Shown: piece by piece, positions 63,534 to 64,000 of the stretch
How positions within the stretch are numbered: position 1 is the stretch's first letter
Layout: the number at the start of each line of letters is the position of its first letter
Origin: Bacteroidaceae bacterium
GTDB lineage: Bacteria; Bacteroidota; Bacteroidia; Bacteroidales; Bacteroidaceae
Assembly (NCBI GenBank): GCA_031552405.1
Contig: JAVBMN010000020.1
Coordinates: 12,860 to 76,859 of the forward strand
Direction of reading: 5' to 3'
Length of the DNA stretch: 64,000 nucleotides
Translations under genes and position numbers: made by a program
The notes under the pieces: model-generated
Told to the model about the DNA's origin: nothing
What the model saw: only the letters and a program-made list of their open reading frames with translations
The model's database searches: none

Positions 63534-63663
63534 CCAAGGGGCAGCCACTATAGGTGGCTTAGGGATATGGAAACCTTTAGATACCGTGGGTGCAAGCACA
63601 CCACGGCTACCCAGAATCGCACCGCTATGCGGTGCCGAAATAGACTACAGGGGCTAAATCATC
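63534..63663. repeat. Right inverted repeat of the RAYT unit
   Basis: Direct comparison with the reverse complement of 62893..63022. Confidence 0.8.
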
Positions 63664-64000
63664 ACAGTGGTATTGTATGGGCTATGCTGTTGTATCGTAT
63701 AGGCCGAAGTGGCATCATGCCGGCTATTACGGTCGTATATGCATAATGCAGGTTAAAACAAAGACAGGACAAATGAAACACGACTAAGAAAGCTGTCCCT
63801 AATAAATTTCCGATAGTACCACCAACCTTTCCGCACAAACGACTCATTTATACCCGACAATTCATCCAAAAAGGAAAGTAAAGCCGACAAACAGGTACAA
63901 AGAACCAGACTTTCTTTTAACTTTGCGTGCAGCCATGAATATTCTGCTTCCAGCAAGAACCGAAACGGTGTATTTCGGGAAAGAAACAAAGAAGGTGATG

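Larger units (their letters stand above)
62893..63663. mobile_element. RAYT unit: Y1 transposase-like gene bracketed by ~130-bp structured inverted repeats
   Basis: 62893..63022 is the reverse complement of 63534..63663, with about 3 mismatches in 130 by eye. Each arm holds three short hairpins (gcaccgc-ata-gcggtgc, ccgtgg...ccacgg, agccac-ctata-gtggct). Confidence 0.7.

Noticed and set aside
63935-64000. Possible 5' end of a plus-strand CDS (MNILLPARTETVYFGKETKKVM...) preceded by TAACTTTG at 63918..63925.
   Set aside because: Only 22 codons are visible before the window ends, and the -7 box would leave almost no leader. That is too little to support a call.

Overview
This is a Bacteroidales-type chromosome segment, judged from TAnnTTTG -7 promoter boxes, hybrid two-component (HTCS) regulators and a UpxY-like NusG paralog. 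All family calls were made by eye from the translated ORFs; no searches were run.

Bases 1-23,600 are mostly housekeeping and envelope genes:
- an S41 peptidase fragment, 5-formyl-THF cyclo-ligase, an orphan UpxY-like gene, tex, a DUF418 membrane protein and queD-queE;
- a compact 7-gene exopolysaccharide-type locus (TolC-like OMP, Wzz/BY-kinase-like co-polymerase, O-antigen-ligase-like polymerase, GT2, GT4, acetyltransferase, LruC lipoprotein);
- rlmN and pdxA;
- a translationally coupled 5-gene inositol-lipid operon (NTP-transferase/ATP-grasp fusion, CDP-alcohol phosphatidyltransferase, UPF0104 membrane protein, HAD phosphatase, inositol-3-phosphate synthase).

Bases 24,300-62,750 are the unusual part, a glycan-degradation island of about 38 kb.
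- No SusC/SusD pair is visible in it.
- It is built around two tandem HTCS paralogs.
- Eight large modular secreted proteins all end in a T9SS-type C-terminal sorting domain. They are a GH115, two GH43+CBM32+Ig paralogs, a CE12-like esterase, a clan GH-A hydrolase, and three proteins with no recognisable catalytic domain.
- These proteins shuffle a small set of shared modules: an uncharacterised N-terminal IPYLP domain, two kinds of CBM4/9-like modules, and FIVAR-like helical repeats.
- Two non-CTD GH43 enzymes are also present.
- A conserved 59-60 aa ORF sits directly behind each of two paralogous binding proteins.

The island also holds unexplained non-coding structure:
- 21-22 bp phased degenerate tandem arrays in three intergenic regions;
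- a four-hairpin nested palindrome;
- a nested inverted-repeat element of about 490 bp;
- conserved long 5' leaders.

The window ends with a REP-associated tyrosine transposase (RAYT)-like gene flanked by 130-bp structured inverted repeats.
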